From: Chrysomallon squamiferum
Lineage: Eukaryota; Animalia; Mollusca
NCBI GenBank assembly: GCA_012295275.1
Contig: CM022669.1
Coordinates: 14,694,001-14,758,000, forward strand
Length of the DNA stretch: 64,000 bases
Direction: 5' to 3'
Part shown: positions 42,033-54,894 of the stretch, in pieces
Layout of the letters: the number at the start of each line of letters is the position of its first letter
How positions within the stretch are numbered: the stretch's first letter is position 1
The notes under the pieces: generated by a model
The model's database searches: none
The model's input: the letters and a program-made list of their open reading frames with translations, nothing else
Told to the model about the DNA's origin: nothing
Program-made: the position numbers and the translations under genes

Positions 42033-44899
42033 ATAAAAAAAAAAATAATAATAATAATAATAATAAATTTAAAAAAATGAAATGTTTATACCTAAACAAG
42101 ATTCAGTTACCTAAAACAAATCACTGAAGGATTTTTATTCAGATGTACAGCAAAAGCCATTATGAATTTATATATTTAGAAATGTGTTTTTATGGATTTG
42201 CAAATGTCTCAGAAGTGAGTTGTTCTTTTTTTTAAATAGTATTTAACAAATATTTTTTACTTTACACACTCACACACACACACACACACACATACACATA
42301 TATAAATGTCATACAAGTAGATACATATATATGATTTAGAAATCTGATTAATTATATATTTTTACTTTTTAAATTTTATTCTGCTTTAAGGGTTATTGAT
42401 GAGATAAAGAAGACAATACCTGATCTTCAAGTAATGAAAATGAAGTCATCATTTAATCAGGCATTCTCCAAAGATTTATATGAACAAAAACAGGTAATAA
42501 AGCAAAAGGAGAAGAAAAAAAACATTAATTTGAGATCTTCAAAAGCTTGCATCAAATTTAAATGAACATTTCATATCATAATTAATTATTTATTAACATT
42601 ATTGATATTTATTTATATACACTATTCTGTAATTGTAAGAAATTTTAATCTTTAGAAATTAGATATTGGGAATTTTCTTGAAAAGATTTCAAAGCACTTA
42701 AGCAACAGTAGTGTTAAGAAATTATCTTCATATTTTTAATGGAATAAATTTGTTGTTGTTGACGTTATTGTTGTTTTTATTATTGTTTTTACAGCTAAAG
42801 GCTCGAATAAAAGAAAAAACAATTTCTTTAGTAACAAATAAATTGTTTTTTCAATGTATGGCACAAGACCTTGCAACGTGGCCCACATCGGCAGATTCAG
42901 GTTTTTATTTTATTTATTTCTAATAAGTATCAAACTAATAAATTATTCATAACATGTTAGTGTTATTATTATTGTTATTGTTGTTGTTATTATTTATTAT
43001 TATTAATGTAATGCATACAAACAGAGCCTCAATGTTAGAAGCTTACATGATACGAAACCATTTGGAAAACATTTTTGGTGATTCAGAACATATTTCATAT
43101 ATTTATTTTAGTTATAAGCTGGATAATTCCAGATTTTTAAAAAATATATATTTTTTGTTTAAATTTGTATTGTCTTTCTAGATCCAGAAAATGAAGAAAT
43201 AAAAAAGGAATACAAAACAGTTATGGATAAAGTGACTGAAAAAGAAAAAGAAATTTCATCTATGTGTCAAATGGCAGAAGAAGGTAATACTTCATTTTTC
43301 CTCTTTCATTTCAAAACAAAATATATACCAAAAAATATAATAATATTAAGTTTAACCTCCTGAAGATGTTTGTTAAATAGGTTTTAGTTGTACCAGCAAA
43401 AATATAAAATGTTTTTGCACTTTTATAATATATAAGTTCACCTGTTAATTTATGTGTTCTTACAGGCTTCAATATTCTCCAGGCAAAAATAGAAGAAGCA
43501 GAAAAAGTGAAAGAAAACCTTGAGAAAAAGGTAAAAATCATTCACTACAGTTTTCATAGTTTAGAAATTAAACCTAAATGGTCTAATAACTTCTGTTTTT
43601 GGGTTCATAATTATATAAATTACGATAAAATTATTAATAAAATATTTTCATATGTTAATTCTTTTTCTCTAAATAATTTTAAGTGAAATCTTTTTTTTCT
43701 CTTTTTTCTTAGCTTTCTGAACTTTCAGAACTTAAATTGAAGAAAAGAGAAAAATCCACTAATGATTCAGTAACACAGAAAGTGGTAGGTAAAATTTTAT
43801 AATGTTTCATTCAAAACAGATCTGATTACTTACATGTCACATAATAGATTAAATATCTACCAGATTCTTTGTTTTCTGGCTAAAAACAGCAAATACATAA
43901 CAGTCGCTAACTAAAGGCGACAGTCTAAATCAGTCATGGGCAAACTGCCACGACTTTCTGATTGGCCCAGCTAATTTCACAAGGAAAATAATATAAATTC
44001 AAATTTTGTTTGCCTTGTTTTGTCCTCACTTGTTCACACACACTGACTCTGTAATATTTTATAAAATGAGTCTATTTTGTATCTACTAATATACTAAAAC
44101 ACATGTAATGTTTTAATTATGTCAGTTCCTGAAGTAAATGAAAATGAAAAATTTCGTAAAATAAACTATACGTAAAAACACAAATTTATTTTGATGCTTA
44201 TGGGCCTCTGCAGCTGGAATAGTTAATCATTGATACAGAGTTATCTCCTTTGCATGCCAGTCCGCAGAATCGCTTAAATTAGTACCCGTGGCCCGCTTCT
44301 TGAAAAAGGTTGCCCATGCCTGGTCTAAATTAAGAAAATCTGAATTAACATAAATTCTAACATGACTGGATGCTTTTTCTGATTTAATTTCCATTTTCAA
44401 CTTAATTTTATAGGACAAATAAATCAATTCTGTTATACTTTAATTGTCTGAAAAGAGTGTTCAGCAAAGATAAATAAAAACACTTATAATGATGCAGGGC
44501 CTGTTTTCTTTCTTTCTTTTTATTATTATTGTTGTTGTTGTTGTTTATACTGAGTATTTTTATAGGCTGAGAAGTTGATGTTACTTGACGCTGAGATAGC
44601 AAGACGTAATGCTGATAAAGAGAAAGCACTGAAAACATTGGAAGAAAACAGAGCAGCTTTGAATGATGTAAAACAGAAAATTGAAGAAGCTAGAAAATTG
44701 GTCGAGGTTCAGAAACACATAGGAGAACTAGAGGTGGCAGACATGGATGAAGAAGTTAAAAGGCTAGTCACATACAAATTCTAAGGGTGCACGTTATGTG
44801 ATTCCTTCACTGTTATTTTACTTTAAGATTAATATTACTGCATCTTCATGTTCATGACAACATATGAGGGAGGGAGGGAGGGAGGGAGAGGGAGAGGGG

Positions 44900-44985
<86 letters not shown>

Positions 44986-46650
44986 AATTTTTTTTATTTG
45001 TCCATTGAAGAGGTTATTGCTTGTATCTGGGGTTTTAATATTATTTCTCAGAAAATTTATTTTTTAACATATATATATATATATATATTTCTCTTTTTTC
45101 TCCTGTTTCTGCATCAGACTGAAGAATCGTGTTGAGGATGTGGAGTGGCTTGGAGAGGTTCGAGTTCACGTGGTTGATACTAATATTGTGTGTCTGGAGT
45201 TTTTCAAAATTCCTGTAGCTGATGAAATAAATCTTCAGCTGTTGCTGGAATTCAGAGAAGATGAGTTTGGTAGATCTGTCCTTGCTTCAGCAAAGGTAAG
45301 AGAGTAAATGAATTAGACAGTAATACAGATCCATATATATGTCCATCAATCCTTCTATCAACTAGTATTTAGCCATTTCATATTTTTTTATTAAGTTTGT
45401 ACAATTGTTGCCTATTGTAAATAAAAAAAAAATATATTCTACCAATACATTTTTCTGTCTAATGTATTCTCTGTTCTTCTATATTGTTATAATACAAATA
45501 TTTTTAACATCCAAGTCATTTGACATTTTTATCTTTTTTTTAACATTTGCAGCAAATTTTTATCATAAATCCTTAACATCCGGGACTAAAATTTCAAAAT
45601 ATATACATAGCAATTATTCATCTTCGTTAATATTAAAAATTTTATATATATTTTTTTTATTTTCTTCTTTATTTTATGTTTTACATATAATTTTTATTTA
45701 ATACAGACATTTTTTATTTATTTTTTAGGTGAATGAGAATAGTATAAATGTTGATGATATTTTGACAAATGGAGTAAAGGAAAATGATCCAGCTACTTTA
45801 GTGCTACAGCTAAAGAAGAGGTGGAAGTCACATATGCCATTAATTATGGAAATTAATCAACTCAGGGAAATGCAAGTTTTATTTATTAAATTACAAATTT
45901 GAATACAATGAATGGCAGAAAAAAAAAAATTATAAAAAATAACAAAACAACAACAATTGTAATAATAATAATAATAATAAGATATATATATATATCACTC
46001 TGTAAATATGTCTCTGAACTTACTTCTTCAGAGCAGTATTTTTTTCTATCATTATTCTGTTGTTTTTTTGGCTTTTTGAGCAGTATTTGTCCTTTATTAT
46101 TATTATTATTATTTAGGTTTTTTTTCTTTTGGATTTTTCTTTACATCCAATAAAACAAAACATACACACCCATACATAAAATCTCCAGTAAAACAAATTG
46201 TTTTCACTGTTAAAGGTATGCTGTCGACTGGATCGCAGATGAACAGCTGCTGCGGATTATTGTTGGCAAGAAAAGTACAGTGGTGTGTACTCTGTTAATA
46301 CCTGAATCTTACCCCGAGTCTGGCAAAATACGACCAATCAGCATTAGTGGAGATGTCGATTCAGAAGAAACAACAATCCTCGAGGTAAACACGTATATGT
46401 GCACAAACAGAGAGAAAGACAGACAGACAGACACACACACACATAATTTGTTAATACAATAGACAAATTATTTAATTATTGAATTTTCTCATTCATTGTA
46501 GTAATTTGTTATTTCATACTGGATTTTATCATTATTGTATCTGCATTAACAAAAGAGATTTTTTTTTTTTTTTTTTTCTTTTAGCCGGAAGGTAAAGGTA
46601 CACTTTTAGACTGGGCTAGATATTTGGAAGAGAAGTATAGGAATAGGTAG
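41331..46650 (+). CDS. Coiled-coil + tandem RWD-like protein, putative kinetochore subunit (Zwint-1/Sos7/Kre28-like; CENP-O/P-like not excluded), 11 exons, 414 aa
   Basis: Exons 41331-41374, 42391-42493, 42795-42900, 43182-43283, 43466-43530, 43713-43784, 44566-44762, 45118-45295, 45729-45871, 46216-46384 and 46585-46650 join in phase (1245 nt) if two GC donors are used. About 230 aa of E/K-rich coiled coil is followed by an alpha/beta region with YAVDW, the RWD-type YP turn (CTLLIPESYPESG) and a final helix (LLDWARYLEE). The family call is inference. Confidence 0.7.
43931..44322. mobile_element. hAT (Charlie-type) MITE, 392 bp, in an intron of the RWD gene
   Basis: Imperfect TIRs CAGTCATGGGCAAACT / AGGTTGCCCATGCCTG. 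Perfect 8-bp TSD GTCTAAAT at 43923-43930 and 44323-44330. Subterminal GTGGCCCGC motif. Confidence 0.85.
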
Positions 46651-47917
46651 ATGTGCTGGAAGACACTCTGGGAAACAAATTAAGAAGAATTCTTAGATGT
46701 TTATTCCTTACAAAAAAAAATTATCACCAAGTTTCTTGTCACAGATAGCTTGATGATGATGATGCATGTTCTGAATATCAGGACAGTTTCCCAGAAACTA
46801 TGCAGTACAACATGATAATGTAACAACTTGAATGGTTTTTTTGATTAAACAAATTAATACTAGCCTGCTGAACCAATAGCCTCTCATGTTTTGGGGAACG
46901 ATTACATCTCACTACTGTATGATTTATCAACCAACTAATAAAAAAAAAAGTTGAAGGCAGCTGTTCTTCTAAAAGAAATATGAATAAAGATCAAATTATG
47001 ATATCTAGAATTCTTTTTAATTTATTATTATTATATTTTTATTTTTTATCTGAAAACATTCAAAACAGTTGGCGATACATATAGATAATAGTACTGTTTG
47101 TCAAAACGATGAAAATTATAATTCATGAAATAGGGGGACATTTTTTTATATAAATTCGAAGAGTAATAACATTTTCACGAACACTAGAAAAACTTGAGTT
47201 TTTAATAAACAATGTGTCTGATCTTGATCTAGAATAAGACAAAATTATTTTCACAGAATTATAAACCTACATTTACTTTTAATCTTTGCTCTGAGTTAAC
47301 AAATTCAAATAAATAAAAACCCACTGAAATGAGATATATAATAATGATGATGATGATGATAAATAGTTTTAAAAAGTATACTTCTTTATTTGTTCGTAAA
47401 GAAAAATTCTTAAGTATTATTCAATTTTAAAACAACAAAATAATCCCATGTTTTTGAACAATAACAATTTAATACAATTCACATCAATAAGGTAACAAAA
47501 AACAAATACCATTAAAACTGATTCATTTTAAAATGTTAATAAAAATGATTATCTCTAATCCATTACGTATGAAAACCTGATTTTAAAATATGAGTGTAAA
47601 CACACAAGACAAAACAAAATTGTTTGGTTTTTGCAGCATGAGAAATTTTCAACATGTTTAAAAAAAAAAAAAAAAAAATTTGTTCAAACTGTCAAACTTG
47701 CTCAAATAAATTCAAAAATAATTATTCAATATAATTATCTTAAGTTTGAAAATTCATAAAACCTTAAGGAAACAGTTAAATGTCTGAATTTCAATGTACA
47801 GGTTGATTTCTTGAACAGAACACTGAATTAAGTACTTTTTGTTGAGTCTACACATCACAGTGGAGAGTAACAGTTTTTAAAGTCAAAGTATGAAATTCTT
47901 CTCTTCTTAATGTTCAT

Positions 47918-50900
47918 TTACTTTTTCTCATGAAGTACAATTTCAGTCATGAAACTCTGCAAATAAGAAAGAATTAAAATGTTAAAACTAAATAATTTTA
48001 TCTTGAAATAAATGTGGACTTATTGTATAACTTAAAACAAACAAAAAAATCATTTTGTAAATAGGTTTGTAAACCTAAAACATTTTTTCAGATCAAGTAA
48101 ATCATTATACAAATGAGACATAGCAACTTGGATGTATATAAAAATATTTATATTTTAGCTTAAAACCTTTTTAAATTCAATTTGAAAGTTAAAAAATAAC
48201 ACATTAACATTAAATAACAAAAAACAAATATAAACACTTTCCAAACTTAATTTCAAAACTCCATTATAAATAATTATGCTGCTTAGAATAAAGTTCTAAT
48301 TTCATATTAACATAATATATTAAATAAATTCATTTTGTAACAAACCTGTTGACATTCCACATTGCATACATGTCTACATATATATTAATACTTTACAATT
48401 TTTTCTACTAACCTCAGCCGATGATGCAGAAGAAATTACTTGGCATTCAATAACTTCAGATTCTAACTCTTTCAGGTTCTTTGGACATTTGCCTGCAAAA
48501 CAAAGATGTTGCACAGCTATAGACAAAGCAGTTAATCTTAAATGCAATTTATAAAGTTGTATCTTAAATGGACCTCATATATTTGTCTTGTACAACAAAA
48601 TCAACCAAAAAAATGTTCATACTACCAATAAAAACCAAAAAATATTTTTAGAACAAAAAAATATACTATGGAGAATGATGTATTAAATTTACACAGTGCT
48701 TCTTGTACATTTGCTGCCACAATCTATCTGCATTTATTCCTTCTATAACAAAGATCTTTGCAAAACTATTTAAGATATTTAAATCTTTTCTGTCATGTGA
48801 TATTTTTCTTGTAACGTGTGACAACAAAATGACCTCAAAGAGTTACAGAACAGATGAAAAGTTTTAGTACACTGTGATAGAAATATTTTTTTTGGAAAAC
48901 AAGAAGACATTACTGATTATTTTGAATGGTCGACATCTTGGAGGCAGATTCCAGAATTTGGAAGGAATGAACTGAGCATCTTCATAGTTCACAATACTGG
49001 TGTTGCCGTAATCCAGGAAGAAAACAAGGACTTTGTTGTGTTCTGAGAACACCTTTATAATCCAAGCTCTAAAATAATTTTTAAAATTGTTTTTAAAAAT
49101 TTGGTTCATGATTATGAAGTGACATAATGGATCTTTTAATGAACATTTAAAAAAAAAAAAAATATATATAAATTTAATTTAATTTTAATATTTTAATTAC
49201 TGGGACATAATTATGATTATTTTGATCTTCTTCAAATTTGCATTAACACACACAACCATACTGACCTGTACCATTCATTTCCAAACTTGGCTGCGCACCT
49301 TCCTAATCCTCTGGTGGGAGATAAACGTGAAGACGATTTCTGAAGTTCTTCAGTTATCATGGCCAGTTTTATCATTTGTTCTTTCTGCAACGATAAGTTT
49401 TTATCACAGCTTTTGGACATATTCATCTTTGTGCAATCCGAGATTTTGATGATAACATTTTATTTATTATTATTATTATTATTATTTCCAATGGGTTTTT
49501 ATTGGGGTTCTTAATAACAGTTGGCATTTATTTATTTTTTCAAAAATAATATTATCCACTTCAGTGTTAACATGATCCCAGAATATTTATTTAAAAAAAA
49601 AAAAGATAATGATAATTTTGTGCTTACCTCACTGATAACTTGACCCCAGAATGTGTCATTATTCTCGACAGTAGAAACAAACACCTCTATTCTCATGCCT
49701 GGTTCTATGGTGTTATTCCACGCTTTCATCTTGTCAATAAAATATGGAAAACTCTCCAACTTGAATTTCAAATTAAAGTTTGCTAAATCCTCTAAATCAA
49801 TGACTTGCTCTGGCTCAGAGTCTGAGAGAAAAGTCCGAGTTTGTTTTTCAGTTGCAGACGTAATAACAATAATAATAATAAAAATAATAATAATAGTAGT
49901 AGTAGTAGTAGTAATAATAATAATAATATCAATAAAAAGTAAATATTTTACAGTAATTACAACTATATTTCAGAATAAATAAAATCCTGTCTTAAATTAC
50001 CATGGTGAAATTGCTTGAATGAGTTAATAACCATTAATAAAACAAAATAAAACATGTTAAAATTAAAGAAGATACGCAAATATCTTTTTCGTTTTTCTTC
50101 AGTTTCTACATTCAGTTTTTATAATAAATGAAACTGAATCTTCGTTGAATGTAATGAAATTAGATCAGATGGGACAAACCCCCCAAAAATTAAAAAAATT
50201 AAAAATCTTTAGAAGGAAAGTTTAAATTTGAAGAAAACAAGTTTAAAAAAATAAATAAAACAATAATAATAATAATAATAAAAATGATGCATGTTTGTGT
50301 GTATGTGTGTGTTGAGAACATTTTAAAAAACATGAACATGACGTAAAGAAACAAATTAGTTCATTAAAATATTCTATATTGTACTGTAAAAGGGGCTATT
50401 ACTAGATGAATTTTCGGTGTTTGAATTATATCCAAGAATTTTCTCCTTTGAAACTGAATCAAACTTTGGTGCATCAACAAGAAGATAACATCCATAATAG
50501 TTTTTCTGATTTAGGCCAGCAATAGCATCCCTGGCTTTTTTGGCAGTTGGCAACCAAACGTAGGCCTTTGTGCTACAAAAAAAACAACACCATACTGACA
50601 ACTCCCATTAAAAACAAATATATATTTTATATTTTACTGAAGTTAAAAAAAATAAAATAGCAGAAAAAAAAAAAAAAAAGATACTTATACTTTTCTTCGA
50701 AATTTAATAAAATGTTGAAACATCTTTGAACACTGCATAAAAACTGGAAAATACATAACACAGAAACAAAGATTTCATTTGATATATATATATATATATA
50801 TATATAATCAGTACATTTTAAGAGATTTTTACTCAAGTTAGTCACAGAGCACCCACTAGCTGTTGAGCCACAGAAAATATTAAAGTGTTAAATCACTAGC

Positions 50901-52476
50901 CTGTGCTGCATGTCAAAGATTGGCAAACAGTAATTTATGCACACCTCAGAGAAAATCATACACGCAGTTCTGTCTCTATTAGAAACAAAGAATTTCTAGG
51001 TTTATCAAAACCATAAGGCAACCTACAGCTTGGGAAACAGATCAATGGGATGGATGTCTCTGCAGAGTATTCCTAGACTGTCCACACGTCAGTTGACTAT
51101 TTTAAGACTGGACTTTATAACTTATCGTAATAACTCACCACTTATTATTCATTGCACTGTTAATCACATCCACTTTGAGAACACCATAAACCCAGAAGAG
51201 ACTTTTCAGTTCTTTCTGAAAGAAAAAAAATTATATTTGACATATTTTTGTATGAAAAGTTATAGAAAAAAAATCCAAAAACTTTTGATGCTCAAGTCCA
51301 ACACTGACTGAGAAAACATTATTTCTGGTCAGTCTACAAATACTTTAGTACTTTGTTTTCCTGCAGATTTTAAATATTAAAGTGATCCAGAGCTATTCTT
51401 TAGGCAAACTAAGTTAACATCTGTGGGACATAAAAATAAAATGATATAGATGCCTTAATACATTGATGGAGAGGCTGCTACTGAATGATGGAGATGTCAC
51501 TACATACAACGATGAAGATTCTACATTCAGTGTTCAAACATTATACTGAATACCTTCCAATGCTAGATTATCAAAATCAACAGTAACACCTCATGCAGGG
51601 CAATGAATTAATTGATCTCATGCAAATAAGAATTTCTCTTACCTCGGTCGTTCCAGCTGGAAAATTCCCGACAAAAATTTTAACAGGATCAATCTCTTCC
51701 CCATCACTGTCGAGATGATCGTCCTCAATGTCCTCAATGTCCTCCAACTCCGGCATGTCGGCATACACATCATCCAGGTGTGAGATGCAGTCTCCTCCTC
51801 CTCCTCCTGTGACACACCCGCCATAGGATCCTGATAGTGCAACAACCCCATTGTTGACTGCAGTGGAAATAACTTTCTTGTCCCCATCAGCACCAATCTG
51901 TATGTTGAAATTTGAAAACGACACATCAGAGTCGTAAGAGTTGTGAGTGCTGCACAAGGAGGAACTGTCAGTGTGGTAGCTTGTTTCTGCATTCACAGGC
52001 AACGATGTCCAGGATGGCGTTTTAATACTGTTGGGCAAGTCTGAAAACATTTAAGCAAGACGGTGTGCTAACGTGATGTTTTATACTTGTAACTCATATT
52101 TTATATCCATTTAAAATTATCTTCTGTGGGCTGAATATGTATCTATATGTAACAGAAGCGAAAATATCTCGATGTATTAGTACTTAAAATACATATATAA
52201 CAGATGTGAAAATATGTGTCTATAACAGAAGTTAAAATATGTGTATAAAAAAAAGAAGTGAAAACTTCTCTATATAACAGAAGGGAAAATATCTTTATGA
52301 AACATAAGTGAAAAAATAGATGTATCCCATATGATTCTGGATTGAAAGTATTTATTTATACAAAGCAAAAAAGAAGGCATATATTTTAATACTATAATAC
52401 ATAAATCTTTTGGCATTATAATAGTATTACTACAACTATTAGTAATAACAACAACAACAGTAGTATTAATAATAAC

Positions 52477-52534
<58 letters not shown>

Positions 52535-54862
52535 GTATCAATAACAGTAACAACAAAAATAACTTTTACTTTGCTGTTGTTGATTTGGTTTTTGTTTTTC
52601 GGACATGCTAACTTTCAGTTCTTTTCCACCAAAGTTGAACAAATGCAACCCTTTAATCAGTGCCTGGGCATCATTTTCTGATTCCACTGTAACAAATGCA
52701 AATCTGAAAAAAATATATATTACTGTTTAAAAACATCTTTATTTTATAACAATTTCTATTTTTAAACGAAATTACACAAAGTCAGTGACACAATGGCAAC
52801 ACTGGTTGTAATATTTATGTAGTAACAGCCCAAAAAATATATATCCAAACACAAAAACTTACATTTTATTCTCCTTCACAACAACATGACAATTTTTGTG
52901 ATTATAATTATCAATTAACTTTCTGAATTCTTCCTGAAAACAAAAAACAAAAAAAATTAGAATAATAAAAAATTATTTTAAAAAATAAGAACAAAATAAG
53001 AAAATGATTAATATAGAAATAAATAACTTTTACTAACAATTTCCTTTAAAGTTCTCCTTTTTTTTTTTATTACATTCTTATTTTTGTTTTATTATTTAAT
53101 CTAATGGAAAACTGACAAGTTATTAAGAAAGTGTAAAACAACTCCTCTTAAGAAAGTTAATATCAATTTACTTCAACTTAATAATTAAATATGTTACACA
53201 AATTAAAAAAATAAGATAACAAGAGTATGTAAAAAAAAATTTTCAGCAACTGAAATTATGAATAATTTCTGAGTGACTAATATGTAATGATAATGGTTGT
53301 CATCTGTTATGTAAATTTTAATGTAAATAATTATAACAGTCAAAATTCACATCTTCAGACCATAAATTGTAATTTCATGATCTGATATCAACAGCTTTTA
53401 ACCAGACTATTGTTAATAAAAATAAATATATCTATTTTTTTTTATTTTTTTTTTTTGGCACAAATAGTTTATAATTTAGAAAACTAAATTAATATTTTGA
53501 TAATATCAGACAGAATTTTTTTTAATAATTAAAATCTTTTTGACTGACTATATGATTTCTAGATATCAAATGTTTGGCAGATTAGGATAACCAGTCACAT
53601 GGTGAAAATGATCAAAATTCATGTTTTGATGGAATAAGATAAACCACATTCTACAGTGATATGTGATGCATAGGGTGTGATGTCAGAGATTCTAGATGAA
53701 TCCTGGCAAAATAAGTGCATAGTTTTAACATGTTTCGTTAATTAAGATTTTGACATATCACACAAAAACACAAAGAACATGTTTTATTGACTGATATCAG
53801 CAAAAAACATATATATATAATACAGACATGAAAGTCGAGATGTTTTCAAAACTATTTATGGTGAAAAATAATTGATCTATTGATGCACTGGACTGCATTA
53901 ACTGGCTGTAACTCAAAATTACATTGCACGACATCTAACTGGTTATCCTACATTACCACACAAATGTAAACAGATCTTACTTCTGATTTTGAATGTGAGA
54001 TGTTTCCAACAAAAACACACAAACCTTTGTCATCTGAAAAAAAAAAAAAAAAAATAAGAACAAAAAATAAAATAAAATAAAATAAATAATTAAATGTGTA
54101 ATAGCAAATGATAACAACAATATTAATTTCTTAAAGTTAAAGATGATCTTAAATTCCGGCAACATTATTAAAGTAAATATTACTTTTAAACAATATTACT
54201 ACTATACTTAGAAGTCTGATCAAATTTGTTCCAAAATCTTTTTATATTCTATATGGATGTGATATTTAAACATACTATACAGTGAGATTACATTTATCAC
54301 AATTAGTGTAACTTTTTTTGGTATAATTTTAACCCATATGCTTAATAATAACACTTTCTAAGTAATTTTTAAAAATATAACTATTTTAATAAAAAATTTA
54401 ATTTAAATAAATATATAAATAAATAAATAAATGATTAATTAATTAAGATAATTTAATAACATTATGATTTGTTTAATAATTTTTTTTTTTTTAAATATTA
54501 ATAAATTATTGTGCAAAAAAAAAGAAGTGTAAACCTTTTAAATCTTTCTTCTTTTTTGTCCCATTTTTGCCTGCAATTAAAAACAAGATTAAAAAATAAA
54601 ATCAGAATTTCTTTTACTTTGAAAATGAAAATGATAAAATGTAAAGACGTTTCTTAAATTCTGTTTTCTTGATTTATTATTTCCAGCAGTCAAATGCAAA
54701 ATTATGCAAGTCATTAATTTTAAATAACTTTTAAGGTGGTGTGATAAAATTTAGAGTGATCTGAACATGTAAAAATATAAATTACTTTAATTAAAAACAT
54801 ACAACAAAAATATAATAAATTAAACTAGTAAGTATGTTTATCGTTAATTTATATCTTTTAAA

Positions 54863-54894
<32 letters not shown>

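Noticed and set aside
44848-45135. ORF with a poly-ER tract; likewise poly-I/poly-L/HT ORFs at 25784, 28525, 28834, 32003 and 58791
   Set aside because: Products of (GA)n, (TAA)n and (CA)n microsatellites; only the embedded exon portions are real.
50690-50745. Candidate extra exon in the LOTUS-RRM-Tudor gene
   Set aside because: Exons 51139-51215 and 50403-50572 already join in phase and complete RRM3; this segment would interrupt the domain.
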